Assembly: GCA_964016885.1 (NCBI GenBank)
Contig: OZ024752.1
Span: forward strand, 31,124,001-31,188,000
Length of the DNA stretch: 64,000 nucleotides
From: Eledone cirrhosa
Taxonomy: Eukaryota
Direction of reading: 5' to 3'
In this document: positions 41,571 to 54,900 of the stretch, piece after piece
How positions within the stretch are numbered: the stretch's first letter is position 1
How the letters are laid out: each line of letters opens with the position of its first letter
Translations under genes and position numbers: made by a program
Notes under the pieces: generated by a model
Told to the model about the DNA's origin: nothing
The model's database searches: none
The model's input: only the letters and a program-made list of their open reading frames with translations

Positions 41571-41629
41571 GAACTTTTTTTGTTTAATATAAGGAACTGT
41601 TTCTTTGTTTATTCATTATTTTTTTAATA

Positions 41630-41665
<36 letters not shown>

Positions 41666-41919
41666 CATCAGCAGCAGTCATAATCAGTAAAATCAAATAC
41701 GCACACACAAAACAAATAACATCACAGTACGATGAGTGTTTTTTTTTGCTTAATGCTTACACGAAAACAAATGTCTGTCTAGACAATTTTTCAGTCGGTC
41801 CAAATGACGTCTTCAATTTTACCTCACTGTACTGTATTGATGTGTTCCAATGAATAATACATTTATAATGCACTTCTCTTTGCACCCGTTTCCTTATGTT
41901 TAACATTGTTACTTTTGTG

Positions 41920-41969
<50 letters not shown>

Positions 41970-41983
41970 TATACATATATATA

Positions 41984-42119
<136 letters not shown>

Positions 42120-42559
42120 CACTCCCCTGTCACAGTTTCTTTTTCTTTTGTGTGTAGGACATTGAATATATTTTATTTGTTGAGCTGTGGTTTGTTTAAA
42201 CACGATTTTCTTTTTGTCAGTTGACCGTCTTTTATGTGGTTGTCCCTTAGGCCAATCCTTATCAAATTGAGCTGTATATGATTAACGACGTTTCAGACAC
42301 TATCACATATTTTATAAATACATTATATATATATTTTAAGGAACGATCGACTTTCGTCAAATCGGACCGAGGAAACAATGTTTCCATTGGTCTTTCCAAT
42401 TGCTAATACTATCTATCGGTCGCGACTCCAGGTAGAAGGAGCAACGTGAAATAAAATGTCTTGCTTAAGGATATAACGCATCGCCCGGTCTGGGAATCGA
42501 ACTCACAACCTCACGATTGCAAATCAAATTTTCTAACCACGCAGTCACACGCCTTCATA

Positions 42560-42597
<38 letters not shown>

Positions 42598-42750
42598 TAA
42601 AATAACATTAAAGTTTAAGCAAAGAATCGCTGCTCTCACCCTTAACGGGATCTTCTGAAATAATTATTTGCTCTACGGTCCTTATATATTTGATATATAT
42701 TTATCCTTATTGAACCCTCTTTGGATTTTAGTCTTCAAATTTATTATTAT

Positions 42751-42790
<40 letters not shown>

Positions 42791-42793
<3 letters not shown>

Positions 42794-42981
42794 AAAATAG
42801 TCAGGACCCCGACGGCTGAGCTCCGGCCGTTTCGACAGCTAGATCCGATCTAGCTGTCGAAACGGCCGAAGCTCAGCCGTCGGGGCCCTGACTCTTTTCC
42901 TATTACCCACTCTACTACCCAAATTATCGAGTACTCTGGTGCGTTATGGTCCAACTGGTCCCTTACCACACTTTCTTTGTT
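42791..42981. mobile_element. Family P1 fold-back cassette carrying the hammerhead 3' half
   Basis: ~55-bp arm palindrome centred on CTAGATCCGATCTAG. Each arm has GAAAC-GGC-9nt-GCC-GTC-GGGG. Flanked by (TA)n. Confidence 0.75.
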
Positions 42982-43094
42982 ATATATATATATATAGAGA
43001 GAGAGTGCATAGCTTGGAGATCAGAGAGCGAGAGAGAAAGAGAGAGAATGCATAGCTTGGAGATCAGAGAGAGAGCGAGAGAGAAAGAGAGAGA

Positions 43095-43412
43095 ATGCAT
43101 AGCTTGGAGATCAGAGAGTCGTTCCAGGTAGAGCCGCCGCTACTTCTCCAAATTGAGAGACCTCAGCTCCGATACTATGGGCATGTGGTTAGAATGTCTC
43201 TGCAAAGAATTGCTGGATATATTTTACGAGCAAAGCCCAGAGGCAGATCCCGAGCAAGATGGTTGGGTAACAACCATGAGCTCAGCTCGTCTCGCTTGGG
43301 GATCCAGCCGAATCAGTTGCAGATGGTTGCTTCTGACCGAATCTAGTGGAAGGAATATTTGAGGGACTCTGCTCCCACAAACCCCTCAGGAATAATAAGT
43401 GGGCGAAGAAGA
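43095..43412 (+). mobile_element. RTE-clade LINE 3' fragment (Rex3/Expander-like)
   Basis: Translates to SLEIRESFQVEPPLLLQIERPQLRYYGHVVRMS..PRGRSRARW..RLGI..ASDR.W, typical of the RTE ORF C-terminus. Related fragments at 44248-44362 (+) and 59765-59888 (-). Confidence 0.85.
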
Positions 43413-43828
43413 CATATTTAGGATGCTGTTTAGCCGTAGTTCAGTCATAATCGAGCAAGGAGGTTTCAAATGTGACCATATCGGAGGAAGGGTGTGAGAT
43501 CTGCAAGAACTTTGGCTGTTATTTTTAGGAAATCGAGCTATCACTTAGAGGTTTTTCACGCTGGTTTATCGTTGTTAAGGTGTGGGCATTTTTATTTATT
43601 TGTGGTCGTGACAAAGCGAACAAACCAATACCGTGTATTAATTTGACTAAATAATATTTGATATATATATATATATATAACGAAGGAAGTGTGGTAAGGA
43701 ACTAGATGGACCATAACGCACCAGAGTACTCAATACTTAGGGTAGTAGAGTGGGTAATAGGAAAATGTTCAAGACCCCGACGGCACAGCTCAAGCCGTTT
43801 CGACGGCTATACCTGGACTCAGATTATT

Positions 43829-43876
<48 letters not shown>

Positions 43877-45205
43877 GTAAAATCCATCGTAGTTGGATAC
43901 TTCCAAATCTTATTGGATCAACCATTATCACCGGATGTGGTAAAAGAAAATCAGTTTTTAATACCGCGAATTGGAATTATATCGTCAGAACTTAACGTAT
44001 TTCCCGGCGTTGAAGACGCTGCCTTTGCCCTAAAATAAGTCTCAAAAATCTACCATGAGTCCTGGAGTTTGGTTGTCAAAATTAGGATGCGTCTTTAGCG
44101 CCGCGAAATACGATAGTTTGTAATGTCAATTAACAAATCTCAAGAGCAATCTTTGTCTTGATTTTTACATGGACAGCTCTTCTTCGGTTGCTCAAATGTT
44201 GGGCATCCAGCTAATTTTTTAATTTTTTATCCATATTATTAATTTAAAGTAGAGCCGCTACTTCTCCGAATTGGGAGATTACTGCAGCGGTACTATGGGC
44301 ATGCATGTGGTTAGAATGTCTCAGGAAAGAATCGCTGGACAGATTTTACTGGTAAAACCAAACTCCGAAATTAAGTTATATATTTTTAATATTATCAAAC
44401 CAATTTCAACTTTCTCCATTACAGATAGTAATATTTAGTTGACGAAGCATAAATAACAAATTAGGCTTGAAATGATTTCCATTATTTATTTATTTATTTA
44501 TTTATTTATTGTTGTGGATTGGAAGTATCGCTGGAGCCTCGGACGCCATCCTTTGCTATATATAGTTGTCCTTTTACGTTCTGAGTTCAAATTCCGCCCC
44601 CAGGGTTGATAAAATAAAGTACCAGTAACATACTGGGGTCGATTTAATTGACTTTCCCCATCCTCAAAATTGCTGACCAGGTGGTGGATTGGCAGTATTG
44701 GTAGAGGGTCGGACGCCATGCTTTCCAGCATAGTTATGTCCCTTTATGATCTGAGTTCAAATCCCGCCGAGGTTGACTTTGCCTTTCATCCTTACGGGGT
44801 CGATAAAAAAAAGTACCAGTAATGCACTGGTTAATTGCTGGCCTTGTGCCTAAAGTAGAAACAATTATTGTTTTCGTTCTACTTATTTTTGTTTAAATAT
44901 GTTTTAATTAGGTTATATTTTATCTTTTTTTATTATAACATTGTGTTTTTTGTGGACTTTTGTATTTCACAAAGAGTTTGTCCTCGAGGGAGATAAGGGG
45001 TTATATTGCTCTGATTACCTTCGCAGGCCAGTAGTTTTGTACAATGGCGATGATGATTTAGCTAACATGAAACCATTTAACTGTATATTTGGGTAGAAAT
45101 AAGATACTGTTAATTATACGAGCAATAACGAAATAATATACTGGGTTGTTCAAATTGGGAATTGAAATCGGGTTACAAATTAACCATTCTGTGTTTTAAT
45201 AGCTA

Positions 45206-46185
45206 CTAGACCACCCGTGACCCGTTGGGTTATATTCACTTCAAAATATTAAAAAAAAATTATGTTCACTTATAAATAATTTTTAAATAATTAAAATATA
45301 CACAGACATGTATATAATGTGAAATGAAAGTGGAAAGCCTATATATACACGTCTCTATGAACCACCTAAGAGAATATTAGTCTACGACCTCTTTTATACC
45401 ATAAACGTGGTTCGGTCTTTGCGCGTAATTGTTTTTCACCGCTCCTATTAATGACGTATTATATTCGTTTTTTCCCGTTCTTTGCCAGCGAACGTTTCCA
45501 CGAACCAAAGTATCGTCTTCCTGTCTTCCTCCGGTTGCAACGTTTTTTGAAATATCCACTTCTGCGTTTACAGAGTGACTTTTAGTTTCAGAAGATCCCG
45601 TTAAGGGTGAAAGCAGCGATTCTTTGCTTAAACTTTAATCTGTTATTTTAATAAATATATATATATATATACACGCACACGCACACACACGTGTGTGTGT
45701 ATATATATAAATGTGTGTGTATACATATATATATATGTGTGTGTGTGTATATATGTATATATATATATGGGTGTCTGATCTATATACACTGGTCATACAC
45801 ACAATTATATATACACGCGCACACTCACATAACACCACCAGCTCTCTCTCCTCCATTATCCTTCTCTGTCTCCTCTCTCTCCTCTCTCTCTGTCTCTTTC
45901 AATCTACTCTCTCACAACCACTATCTCTTTCTCTCTATCCTTCTCTCTCTCACAACCACCATCTCTTTCTCTCTATCCTTCTCTCTATCCTTCTCTCTCT
46001 CTGTTTATGAAGGTATCTCGGGAACCCTTGTTTTGATTTACGCGAAACTTGTTTTATTCCATTTGTATTCCCATTTCAGGGGCAACTTCCTTTCAAAGTA
46101 TTTTCCCATTATACACCATTTTGGCTGTATTACATTACAGACAAGCGAGCAAGCAATCACAGATTTTCAGTAATATATAGATAGA
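45206..46185 (-). mobile_element. Non-autonomous Helitron-like element
   Basis: Minus strand starts A|TCTATCTATATAT and ends with an ACCC..GGGT hairpin and CTAG|T. Contains internal microsatellites. Confidence 0.5.
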
Positions 46186-46974
46186 TGACTCAAAGACAAT
46201 ACTAGTTCCACACACAAATGTTTTTATCACATGCATATTTTCATCCACACCACTCAAAGAATGATTTAAAATCTATCGCCTTTATCATGCTGAACTTTCA
46301 GCTACCGTATATACTCGAATATAATCCGAGGAATATGTGGCCAAAAGATCGATAGTAAAATGGGGGTGGGTTGGAGGTCGGCTCATATACGCCATCTAAA
46401 CAATGAGTTAATTTGCTGCCTCGGAATATGAATTAGGTTTCGATTTTTGCTCATTTCTCTGACATAAAATAAGGGGTCGTCTTATATTCGAGTATATACG
46501 TTGTCTCTTTTACTAAATTGGAATACTTTGTCTCTGAATGTTTAATTTTTGCTCATTTCTCAGACAAAAAAGGAGTCGACTTATATTCGAGTATATACGT
46601 TAAGTCTCTTTTATGAAATTGGAATTCTTTGTCTATAAATATTTAATTTCGTTCTCATTTCTCTGACATGAAATAAGGGTCTACTTATATTCGAGTATAT
46701 ACGTTAAGTCACTTTTACTAAATTGGAATTCTTTTTCTGCAAATGTTTAATTTCGTTACCGATATTAAATTACCGCAATAAATTTGAGTATGTTTAAACG
46801 ATGAAGTTTGTGCAGCTCAATGGTATTTCAATGGTATTTCAATGGAGGACAATATCTGGTGCAACATTCCAAATTATTGACTTGTTGCTCTTTCTGTCCA
46901 CGTGAATTTTGGTATGCGTTCCATTTGTTTTCATGGGATGTCAGCAGCAACAACGTTGACATGTACTTGCCCAT

Positions 46975-47462
46975 CTCCCCCTCTTTCTCCCCCTCTTTCT
47001 CTCTTCCTCGCCACCTCGCCCTCCTCTTTCTCTCTTCCTCGCCACCTCACCCTGCTCTTTCTCTCTTCCTCGACACCTCGCCTTCCTCTTTCTCTCTCCA
47101 TCCACACCTCGCCCTCATCTTTCTCTCTTCCTCGCCACCTCGCCCTCTTTCTCTCTTCCTCGCCACCTCGCCCTCTTTCTCTCTTCCTCGCCACCTCGCC
47201 CTCCTCTTTCTCTCTTCCTCTCCACCTTGCCTTCTTTCTCTCTCCATCGCCACCTCATCCCACCTCTCTCTCTCTCCATCGCCACCTCATCCCACCTTCT
47301 CTCTCTCTCCATCGCCACCTCATCCCACCCTCTCTCTCGCCACCTCATCTCACCCTCTCTCTCGCCACCTCATCCCACCCTCTCTCTCGCCACCTCATCC
47401 CACCCTCTCTCTCGCCACCTCACCCACACTTTCTCTCTCTCGCCACCCCGCCCCTCTTTCTC
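46975..47462. repeat. Pyrimidine-rich minisatellite
   Basis: Repeated CTCTTTCTCTCTTCCTCGCCACCTC and CGCCACCTCATCCCACC. Confidence 0.9.
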
Positions 47463-47769
47463 GTTGTCCTTCTCACCCTTTCCCCTCTTCTGTTATATTT
47501 GTCTACCTCTCACCACCACCCTTTGCTCCTCTTATATATTCCCTCTCACTTCTCTTATCCGTCTCCACACTTACGTTATTCACTTTTACTTGTTTTCAAT
47601 AACTAGACTGCGGCCATGATGAGCCCTCACCTTCATTTAGTCGGTGATATCGACTTCAGTATTTACCTTTTGTTGCACATATGGGGCTTATTATATCGAT
47701 CTATTTTGTGGGACCACTAAATTACGGGACACAGACACACTAATGGAGTCGATATGTTTGAATATGATC

Positions 47770-50700
47770 GATTGAACCCTTAAAGTATGGCTGACTGTTG
47801 TCTGACTGAAACCCTTCAAAGTATCGCTGACTGTTGTCTGACTGAAACCCTTCAAAGTATGGCTGACGGTTGTGTAATGATTGAACCCCTTCAAAGTATG
47901 GCTGGCTGTTGTCTGACTGAAACCCTTCAAAGTATGGCTGACGGTTGTGTAATGATTGAACCCCTTCAAAGTATGGCTGACTGTTGTGTAATGATTGAAC
48001 CCCTTCAAAGTATGGCTGACTGTTGTGTAATGATTGAACCCTTCAAAGTATGGCTGACTGTTGTGTAATGATTGAACCCCTTCAAAGTATCGCTGACGGT
48101 TGTGTAATGATTGAACCCCTTCAAAGTATGGCTGGCTGTTGTGTAATGATTGAACCCCTTCAAAGTATGGCTGACTGTTGTGTAATGATTGAACCCCTTC
48201 AAAGTATCGCTGACGGTTGTGTAATGATTGAACCCCTTCAAAGTATGGCTGGCTGTTGTCTGACTGAAACCCTTCAAAGTATCGCTGACTGTTGTGTAAT
48301 GATTGAACCCCTTCAAAGTATGGCTGACTGTTGTGTAATGATTGAACCCCTTCAAAGTATGGCTGACTGTTGTGTAATGATTGAACCCCTTGAAAGTATC
48401 GCTGACTGTTGTGTAATGATTGAACCCCTTCAAAGTATGGCTGACTGTTGTGTAATGATTGAACCCCTTCAAAGTATGGCTGACTGTTGTGTAATGATTG
48501 AACCCCTTCAAAGTATGGCTGACTGTTGTGTAATGATTGAACCCCTTCAAAGTATGGCTGACTGTTGTGTAATGATTGAACCCCTTCAAAGTATGGCTGA
48601 CTGTTGTGTAATGATTGAACCCCTTCAAAGTATGGCTGACTGTTGTGTAATGATTGAACCCCTTCAAAGTATGGCTGACTGTTGTGTAATGATTGAACCC
48701 CTTCAAAGTATGGCTGACTGTTGTGTAATGATTGAACCCCTTCAAAGTATGGCTGACTGTTGTGTAATGATTGAACCCCTTCAAAGTATGGCTGACTGTT
48801 GTGTAATGATTGAACCCCTTCAAAGTATGGCTGACTGTTGTGTAATGATTGAACCCCTTCAAAGTATGGCTGACTGTTGTGTAATGATTGAACCCCTTCA
48901 AAGTATCGCTGACTGTTGTGTAATGATTGAACCCCTTCAAAGTATCGCTGACTGTTGTGTAATAATTGAACCCCTTCAAAGTATGGCTGACTGTTGTGTA
49001 ATGATTGAACCCCTTCAAAGTATCGCTGACTGTTGTGTAATGATTGAACCCCTTCAAAGTATCGCTGACTGTTGTGTAATGATTGAACCCCTTCAAAGTA
49101 TCGCTGATTGTTGTGTAATGATTGAACCCCTTCAAAGTATCGCTGATTGTTGTGTAATGATTGAACCCCTTCAAAGTATCGCTGACTGTTGTGTAATGAT
49201 TGAACCCCTTCAAAGTATCGCTGACTGTTGTGTAATGATTGAACCCCTTCAAAGTATGGCTGACTGTTGTTTAATGACTGAAACCCTTCAAAGTATCGCT
49301 GACTGTTGTGTAATGATTGAACCCCTTCGAAGTATGGCTGACTGTTGTGTAATGATTGAACCCCTTCAAAGTATGGCTGACTATTGTGTAATGATTGAAC
49401 CCCTTCAAAGTATCGCTGACTGTTGTGTAATGATTGAACCCCTTCAAAGTATGGCTGACTATTGTGTAATGATTGAACCCCTTCAAAGTATGGCTGACTG
49501 TTGTGTAATGACTGAAACCCTTCAAAGTATCCCTGGCTGTTGTGTAATGATTGAAACCCTTCAAAGTATCGCTGGCTGTTGTGTAATGATTGAACCCCTT
49601 CAAAGTATGGCTGATTGTTGTGTAATGATTGAACCCCTTCAAAGTATGGCTGACTGTTGTGTAATGATTGAACCCCTTCAAAGTATGGCTGACTGTTGTG
49701 TAATGATTGAACCCCTTCAAAGTATCGCTGACTGTTGTGTAATGATTGAACCCCTTCAAAGTATGGCTGACTGTTGTTTAATGACTGAAACCCTTCAAAG
49801 TATCCCTGGCTGTTGTGTAATGATTGAACCCCTTCGAAGTATGGCTGACTGTTGTTTAATGACTGAAACCCTTCAAAGTATCGCTGACTGTTGTGTAATG
49901 ATTGAACCCCTTCAAAGTATGGCTGACTGTTGTGTAATGACTGAAACCCTTCAAAGTATGGCTGACTGTTGTTTAATGACTGAAACCCTTCAAAGTATCG
50001 CTGACTGTTGTGTAATGATTGAACCCCTTCAAAGTATGGCTGACTGTTGTGTAATGACTGAAACCCTTCAAAGTATCGCTGACTGTTGTGTAATGATTGA
50101 ACCCCTTCAAAGTATCGCTGACTGTTGTGTAATGATTGAACCCCTTCAAAGTATCGCTGACTGTTGTGTAATGATTGAACCCCTTCAAAGTATGGCTGAC
50201 TGTTGTGTAATGATTGAACCCCTTCAAAGTATGGCTGACTGTTGTGTAATGATTGAACCCCTTCAAAGTATCGCTGACTGTTGTGTAATGATTGAACCCC
50301 TTCAAAGTATCACTGACTGTTGTGTAATGATTGAACCCCTTCAAAGTATGGCTGACTGTTGTGTAATGATTGAACCCCTTCAAAGTATGGCTGACTGTTG
50401 TGTAATGATTGAAACCCTTCAAAGTATGGCTGACTGTTGTTTAATGACTGAAACCCTTCAAAGTATCGCTGACTGTTGTGTAATGATTGAACCCCTTCAA
50501 AGTATGGCTGACTGTTGTGTAATGATTGAAACCCTTCAAAGTATCGCTGACTGTTGTTTAATGACTGAAACCCTTCAAAGTATGGCTGACTGTTGTGTAA
50601 TGATTGAACCCCTTCAAAGTATGGCTGATTGTTGTGTAATGATTGAACCCCTTCAAAGTATGGCTGACTGTTGTGTAATGACTGAAACCCTTCAAAGTAT

Positions 50701-51964
50701 GGCTGACTGTTGTGTAATGATTGAACCCCTTCAAAGTATCGCTGACTGTTGTGTAATGATTGAACCCCTTCAAAGTATGGCTGACTGTTGTGTAATGATT
50801 GAACCCCTTCAAAGTATGGCTGACTGTTGTGTAATGATTGAACCCCTTCAAAGTATGGCTGACTGTTGTGTAATGATTGAACCCCTTCAAAGTATCGCTG
50901 ACTGTTGTTTAATGACTGAAACCCTTCAAAGTATCGCTGACTGTTGTGTAATGATTGAAACCCTTCAAAGTATGGCTGACTGTTGTGTAATGATTGAACC
51001 CCTTCAAAGTATCGCTGACTGTTGTGTAATGATTGAACCCCTTCAAAGTATGGCTGACTGTTGTGTAATGATTGAACCCCTTCAAAGTATGGCTGACTGT
51101 TGTGTAATGATTGAACCCCTTCAAAGTATGGCTGACTGTTGTGTAATGATTGAACCCCTTCAAAGTATGGCTGACTGTTGTGTAATGATTGAACCCCTTC
51201 AAAGTATGGCTGACTGTTGTGTAATGATTGAACCCCTTCAAAGTATGGCTGACTGTTGTGTAATGATTGAACCCCTTCAAAGTATCGCTGACTGTTGTGT
51301 AATGATTGAACCCCTTCAAAGTATCGCTGACTGTTGTGTAATGATTGAACCCCTTCAAAGTATCGCTGGCTGTTGTCTGATTGAACCCCTTCAAAGTATG
51401 GCTGACTGTTGTGTAATGATTGAACCCCTTCAAAGTATCGCTGATCGTTGTGTAATGATTGAACCCCTTCAAAGTATCGCTGATCGTTGTGTAATGATTG
51501 AACCCCTTCAAAGTATGGCTGACTGTTGTTTAATGACTGAAACCCTTCAAAGTATGGCTGATTGTTGTGTAATGATTGAACCCCTTCAAAGTATGGCTGA
51601 TCGTTGTGTAATGATTGAACCCCTTCAAAGTATCGCTGATCGTTGTGTAATGATTGAACCCCTTCAAAGTATGGCTGACTGTTGTTTAATGATTGAAACC
51701 CTTCAAAGTATCGCTGACTGTTGTGTAATGACTGAAACCCTTCAAAGTATGGCTGATTGTTGTGTAATGATTGAACCCTTTCAAAGTATGGCTGACTGTT
51801 GTTTAATGACTGAAACCCTTCAAAGTATGGCTGATTGTTGTGTAATGATTGAACCCCTTCAAAGTATGGCAGACTGTTGTTTAATGACTGAAACCCTTCA
51901 AAGTATGGCTGATTGTTGTGTAATGATTGAACCCCTTCAAAGTATGGCTGGCTATTGTCTAATG
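47770..51964. repeat. 39-bp minisatellite, roughly 107 units
   Basis: Unit ATGATTGAACCCCTTCAAAGTATGGCTGACTGTTGTGTA, with occasional 36-bp variants. Confidence 0.97.
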
Positions 51965-52099
51965 AAGTGGTTCCCAAAGTGGGTTCCGTGAAAAAAGGTT
52001 GAGGAATATATTTATATTACGACCATATAACAGTATTAGACTTTGGGGTTCCCACCAACATTTCTGAACCCCAAAAGGTTTCGCGTTTGGAAAACCCTG
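51965..52099. mobile_element. hAT-type MITE (same family as 4962) inserted in a satellite unit
   Basis: Homologous to 4962-5106. 8-bp TSD GTCTAATG / GTCAAATG matches the satellite sequence. Confidence 0.75.
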
Positions 52100-52925
52100 G
52101 TCAAATGACTGAATCCCTTCAAGGCATGGTTAGCTGTAGTCTAATGACTGAATCCCTTCAAGGCATGGTTAGCTGTAGTCTAATGACTGAAACCCTTCAA
52201 GACATGGCTGGCTGTAGTCTGACTGAAACCCTTCAAGACGTGGTTGGCTGTAGTCTGACTGAAACCCTTCAAGACAGCTGGCTGTAGTCTGATTGAAACC
52301 CCTCAGGGTTTGGCTGGCTGTAGTCTAATGACTGAACCCCTTAAAGACAGCTGGCTGTAGTGTAATGACTGAAACCCCTCAGGGTTTGGCTGGCTGTAGT
52401 CTAATGACTGAATCCCTTAAAGACAGCTGGCTGTAGTGTAATGACTGAAACCCCTCAGGGTTTGGCTGGCTGTAGTCTAATGACTGAATCCCTTAAAGAC
52501 AGCTGGCTGTAGTGTAATGACTGAAACCCCTCAGGGTTTGGCTGGCTGTAGTCTAATGACTGAATCCCTTAAAGACAGCTGGCTGTAGTGTAATGACTGA
52601 AACCCCTCAGGGTTTGGCTGGCTGTAGTCTAATGACTGAATCCCTTAAAGACAGCTGGCTGTAGTGTAATGACTGAAACCCCTCAGGGTTTGGCTGGCTG
52701 TAGTCTAATGACTGAATCCCTTAAAGACAGCTGGCTGTAGTGTAATGACTGAAACCCCTCAGGGTTTGGCTGGCTGTAGTCTAATGACTGAATCCCTTAA
52801 AGACAGCTGGCTGTAGTGTAATGACTGAAACCCCTCAGGGTTTGGCTGGCTGTAGTCTAATGACTGAATCCCTTAAAGACAGCTGGCTGTAGTGTAATGA
52901 CTGAAACCCCTCAGGGTTTGGCTGA
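52100..52925. repeat. Related satellite with a 76-bp (39+37) higher-order unit, about 8 copies
   Basis: CTGGCTGTAGTGTAATGACTGAAACCCCTCAGGGTTTGG + CTGGCTGTAGTCTAATGACTGAATCCCTTAAAGACAG. Confidence 0.95.
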
Positions 52926-53503
52926 CTGAAGTCAGTAGAAGAATAAGCAATAGTTGTTTTCTTTATTTTTTCTGAATTGTTAATTTTACAAAATATTTTC
53001 TTGTTTTGTTGTCATTTAATTCAGAAATTCTATGTTTGATCTCCAGTATGTCACAAAGTCGAACATACTGAGAACCGATGACGTAGTTCTCGTTCCTTCT
53101 TCTTTTCCTCCTTAACTGTAGGAAACACTTATTTTAATGGTGATCGGGTTTCTTCCGTGTTATCTTAATGGTTGGCACAATCTAATTAGAAATTGAACAC
53201 TGGCCGAGGATTGGACTTAGAGAGAGAGAGCGCTCTTTTGCCACTTATGTTTTTTTTTTTTTTGTGGCGGTATTTATTTGCTAACGACTCAATGAGTCGA
53301 AAATATCACACTTGAGGTTGTTCAACAGATGTCATGAAAATACTGGACGAAAAGTCTAAACACTTGATGTCAGTATCTAGTAGAGGTGGTCGTGTTTGTT
53401 GTTTGGACTGAAACATATAAGTAAAAGAAAAAATATATAAATCTAGCAACATAAATGAAATCTGTTGATAACTCTCTCTCTCTATATATATATTGTTATA
53501 AAC

Positions 53504-53541
<38 letters not shown>

Positions 53542-53579
53542 AAACTAAAGATAAATAAGTAGTTTCCGCTAGAAAAAAA

Positions 53580-53617
<38 letters not shown>

Positions 53618-54016
53618 GTGTAGGTGGAAACATATTGTTAGTCGTTTCCTGTTAAATATATACTCTTCTTATTCCTAACTCCTCCTTACCCGTTAAATAC
53701 AGGGTGTTCCAAAAATGTATGGACATTGATTAGAATGATGTTGAAGTGTATATATATATATCTTTGGATACCCTGTATATACTCAGCTTATTCATAGCCC
53801 CCTCCCCCCTTCCTGTTAAATATATATTGAGTTTATATTCCTACTCCTATTTCCTGTTGCTTTCTAATGTCTTGATATTGTGGTGATTTGTCTACGATCT
53901 ACAATATAGAATACTTTCACATTGTCGGTAGACAAAAGGAAAAAATAACGAATGTTTTTCTCTTTAACACCCAACACCTGCATCCAAGTAGACAATTGAT
54001 GTTTGCGATCAATAAT

Positions 54017-54053
<37 letters not shown>

Positions 54054-54218
54054 AGGGGGGGAGAATGGGGAAGGAGGAAAATGAAATTGGAAGGAATGTG
54101 ATAAGTTAACAATTACAAGTTAGTTCGTATGTCGTCTAAATCAGCAGTCGTCAACCACTGTGATCCGAGATAAAAATGTTGATGGTGCGCAGAAAAAATG
54201 TGGACATTATTTGCAATT

Positions 54219-54825
54219 GGCGGTGGATTGGCTGTATCGGTAGAGGGTCGTCGGACGCCATGTTTTGCTGCACAGTTACGTCCCTTTACGGACTGAGTTC
54301 AAATCCCACCGAGGCTAACTTTGCCTTTCATCCTTACGGGGTCGATAAAATAAAGTACCAGTAATACACTGGGATAATTGCTGGTCTTGTGCCAAAAAGT
54401 AGAAACAATTATTTGCAATTGGCGGTGGATTGGCAATATCGGTAGAGGGTCGGACGCCATGTTTTGCCGCATAGTTACGGCCCTTTACAGTCTGAGTTGA
54501 AATCCCGCCGAGGTTAATTTTGCCTTTCATCCTTATGGGGGTCGATAAAATAAAGTACCAGTAATACACTGGGGTAATTGCTGGCCTTGTGCCATAAGTT
54601 GAAACAATTATTTGCAATTATGTTTTATTAATAATAAAACTAAAATAATTTTCTACTTTTACTCAGCAATTATCCAGTGTATTACTGGTACTTTATTTTA
54701 TCGACCCAGTAAGGATGAAAGGCAAAGTTAACCTCGGCGGGATTTGAACTCAGAATGGCAAGGGCCGTAACTCTATGCGTCAAAGCATGGCGTTCGACCA
54801 TCTACCGATACTGCCAATCCAATAG
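54219..54825. mobile_element. Two tandem + family A SINEs followed by an inverted copy
   Basis: Copies start at 54219 and 54421, bounded by ATTATTTGCAATT. A minus copy lies at about 54645-54825. Confidence 0.9.
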
Positions 54826-54900
54826 AACTAAAATAATATTTGGTTAAAATATATTTTAGAACCCGCCTAAAAAAAAATCTTTATCTTCAGTAAAGAACTA

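Noticed and set aside
48050-51991. 1313-aa ORF (MADCCVMIEPLQS)n as a Cys-rich protein
   Set aside because: It follows from a stop-free 39-bp unit. Unit variants are mostly non-synonymous, other frames are also largely open, and the unit appears SINE-derived.
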